Assembly: GCA_030704615.1 (NCBI GenBank)
Contig: CM060732.1
Coordinates: 21,328,001 to 21,392,000, forward strand
DNA from: Takakia lepidozioides
Lineage: Eukaryota > Plantae > Bryophyta
DNA length: 64,000 nt
Direction: 5' to 3'
The notes beneath the pieces are model-generated. The model was not told where the DNA came from, searched no databases, and saw nothing but the letters and a program-made list of their open reading frames with translations. Shown in pieces: positions 63,091 through 64,000 of this stretch; positions within the stretch are counted from its first letter, which is position 1, and every line of letters begins with the position of its first letter. The position numbers were made by a program, and so were the translations under genes.

Positions 63091-64000
63091 TCACTGATCA
63101 ACAACTTTGTAATATGATACCTCTCTCCAACCCCTCCTTGAGACATGCACTACTCTGTGGGATTCAATGTGTTGTGCACATCTTCGCTTCGGATCCTGTT
63201 AAACATCATTGCATAGCCATGTAACGTCGAAATGAAACAGGAAAACTGCATCGTAATTTCGAGCAGAAAAATCGGCCATGTCGAACAGCTCGTTTCATGT
63301 CCACCCTTTCTTTTACCCCATTTTGGGTGGATTCAATGTTAAAATATTTGGAGAAGCCGCACAACTCTAATGCTCACCCAATGCAAATTACAAATGAGAC
63401 ACAATCCTCTAGATTAAATACTCATATTTACCAGTTGTGCACAAATGTGGTGTAAAAGACCCCACATCCAACTTATCGTAGATAACCACTTCACTCGTGC
63501 TTGTGGGTTCAATTGAAACCACACAAAGCGGTTGTGTGTTGAAGGCAGTAGTCCGTGGGTTGAAGTGACACCATAAGTTACGCTTGCTTCCACAAGAATC
63601 CACATTTTTTATTTCTAAAGACCCTGAAAACGGAAGACAATGATGTTGGGAGCTGGGCCTCAGAACGACAAGATCAAGATAAGAGGGTCCAAAGCTCTAT
63701 AAGACCTGTGCAATTACTCAAGAGTCAAGGGCATAACGGACTAGCAACCCTGTATTTAAGTGGATTTGCAAAGGAATTTTCCGGCTCGAATCATCCAATC
63801 ATTTTTCAAGGAATTTTTTAGATTATAAACTATAACTAGACCTAAGGGAAAAAACGCTTTCAAGAGTCTTGGGACCTTCAAGACAATTGGGAGATGGGAT
63901 CAAAGCCAGCTACCCACTTTCTCTACTGTGGTATGTATCATCTTCTCCACCTTCCCTTGCCCGACAGCTGTAGCAAACAGGGACGAGTCCCTCTGCTTTA

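Overview
Eukaryotic nuclear DNA from a land plant with short GT-AG introns. A non-seed plant such as a hornwort is my inference from gene content and compactness only. Gene order: RPL7 (partial, -); FLIP/FIRRM homolog (-), whose last exon carries two compensating frameshifts and a stop; a ~26.5 kb nested transposon island (about 8.4-35 kb); an intronless two-domain glycosyltransferase (-); a hAT-type MITE; an MBD-like + Oberon-PHD gene (-); a bacterial-looking membrane-anchored protein with an intronless CDS (-, horizontal-transfer candidate and the most interesting item); a TLC-domain gene (-); mitochondrial MRPL47 (+); and a non-specific lipid transfer protein (+). The island contains a Gypsy integrase split by a 6.75 kb TIR-like element (which carries a SINE and a higher-order satellite), a deleted Copia, a full-length chromovirus, GGTTACA arrays and retroposon tails. 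Exon boundaries were read by eye. Family assignments come from motif recognition, not database searches.
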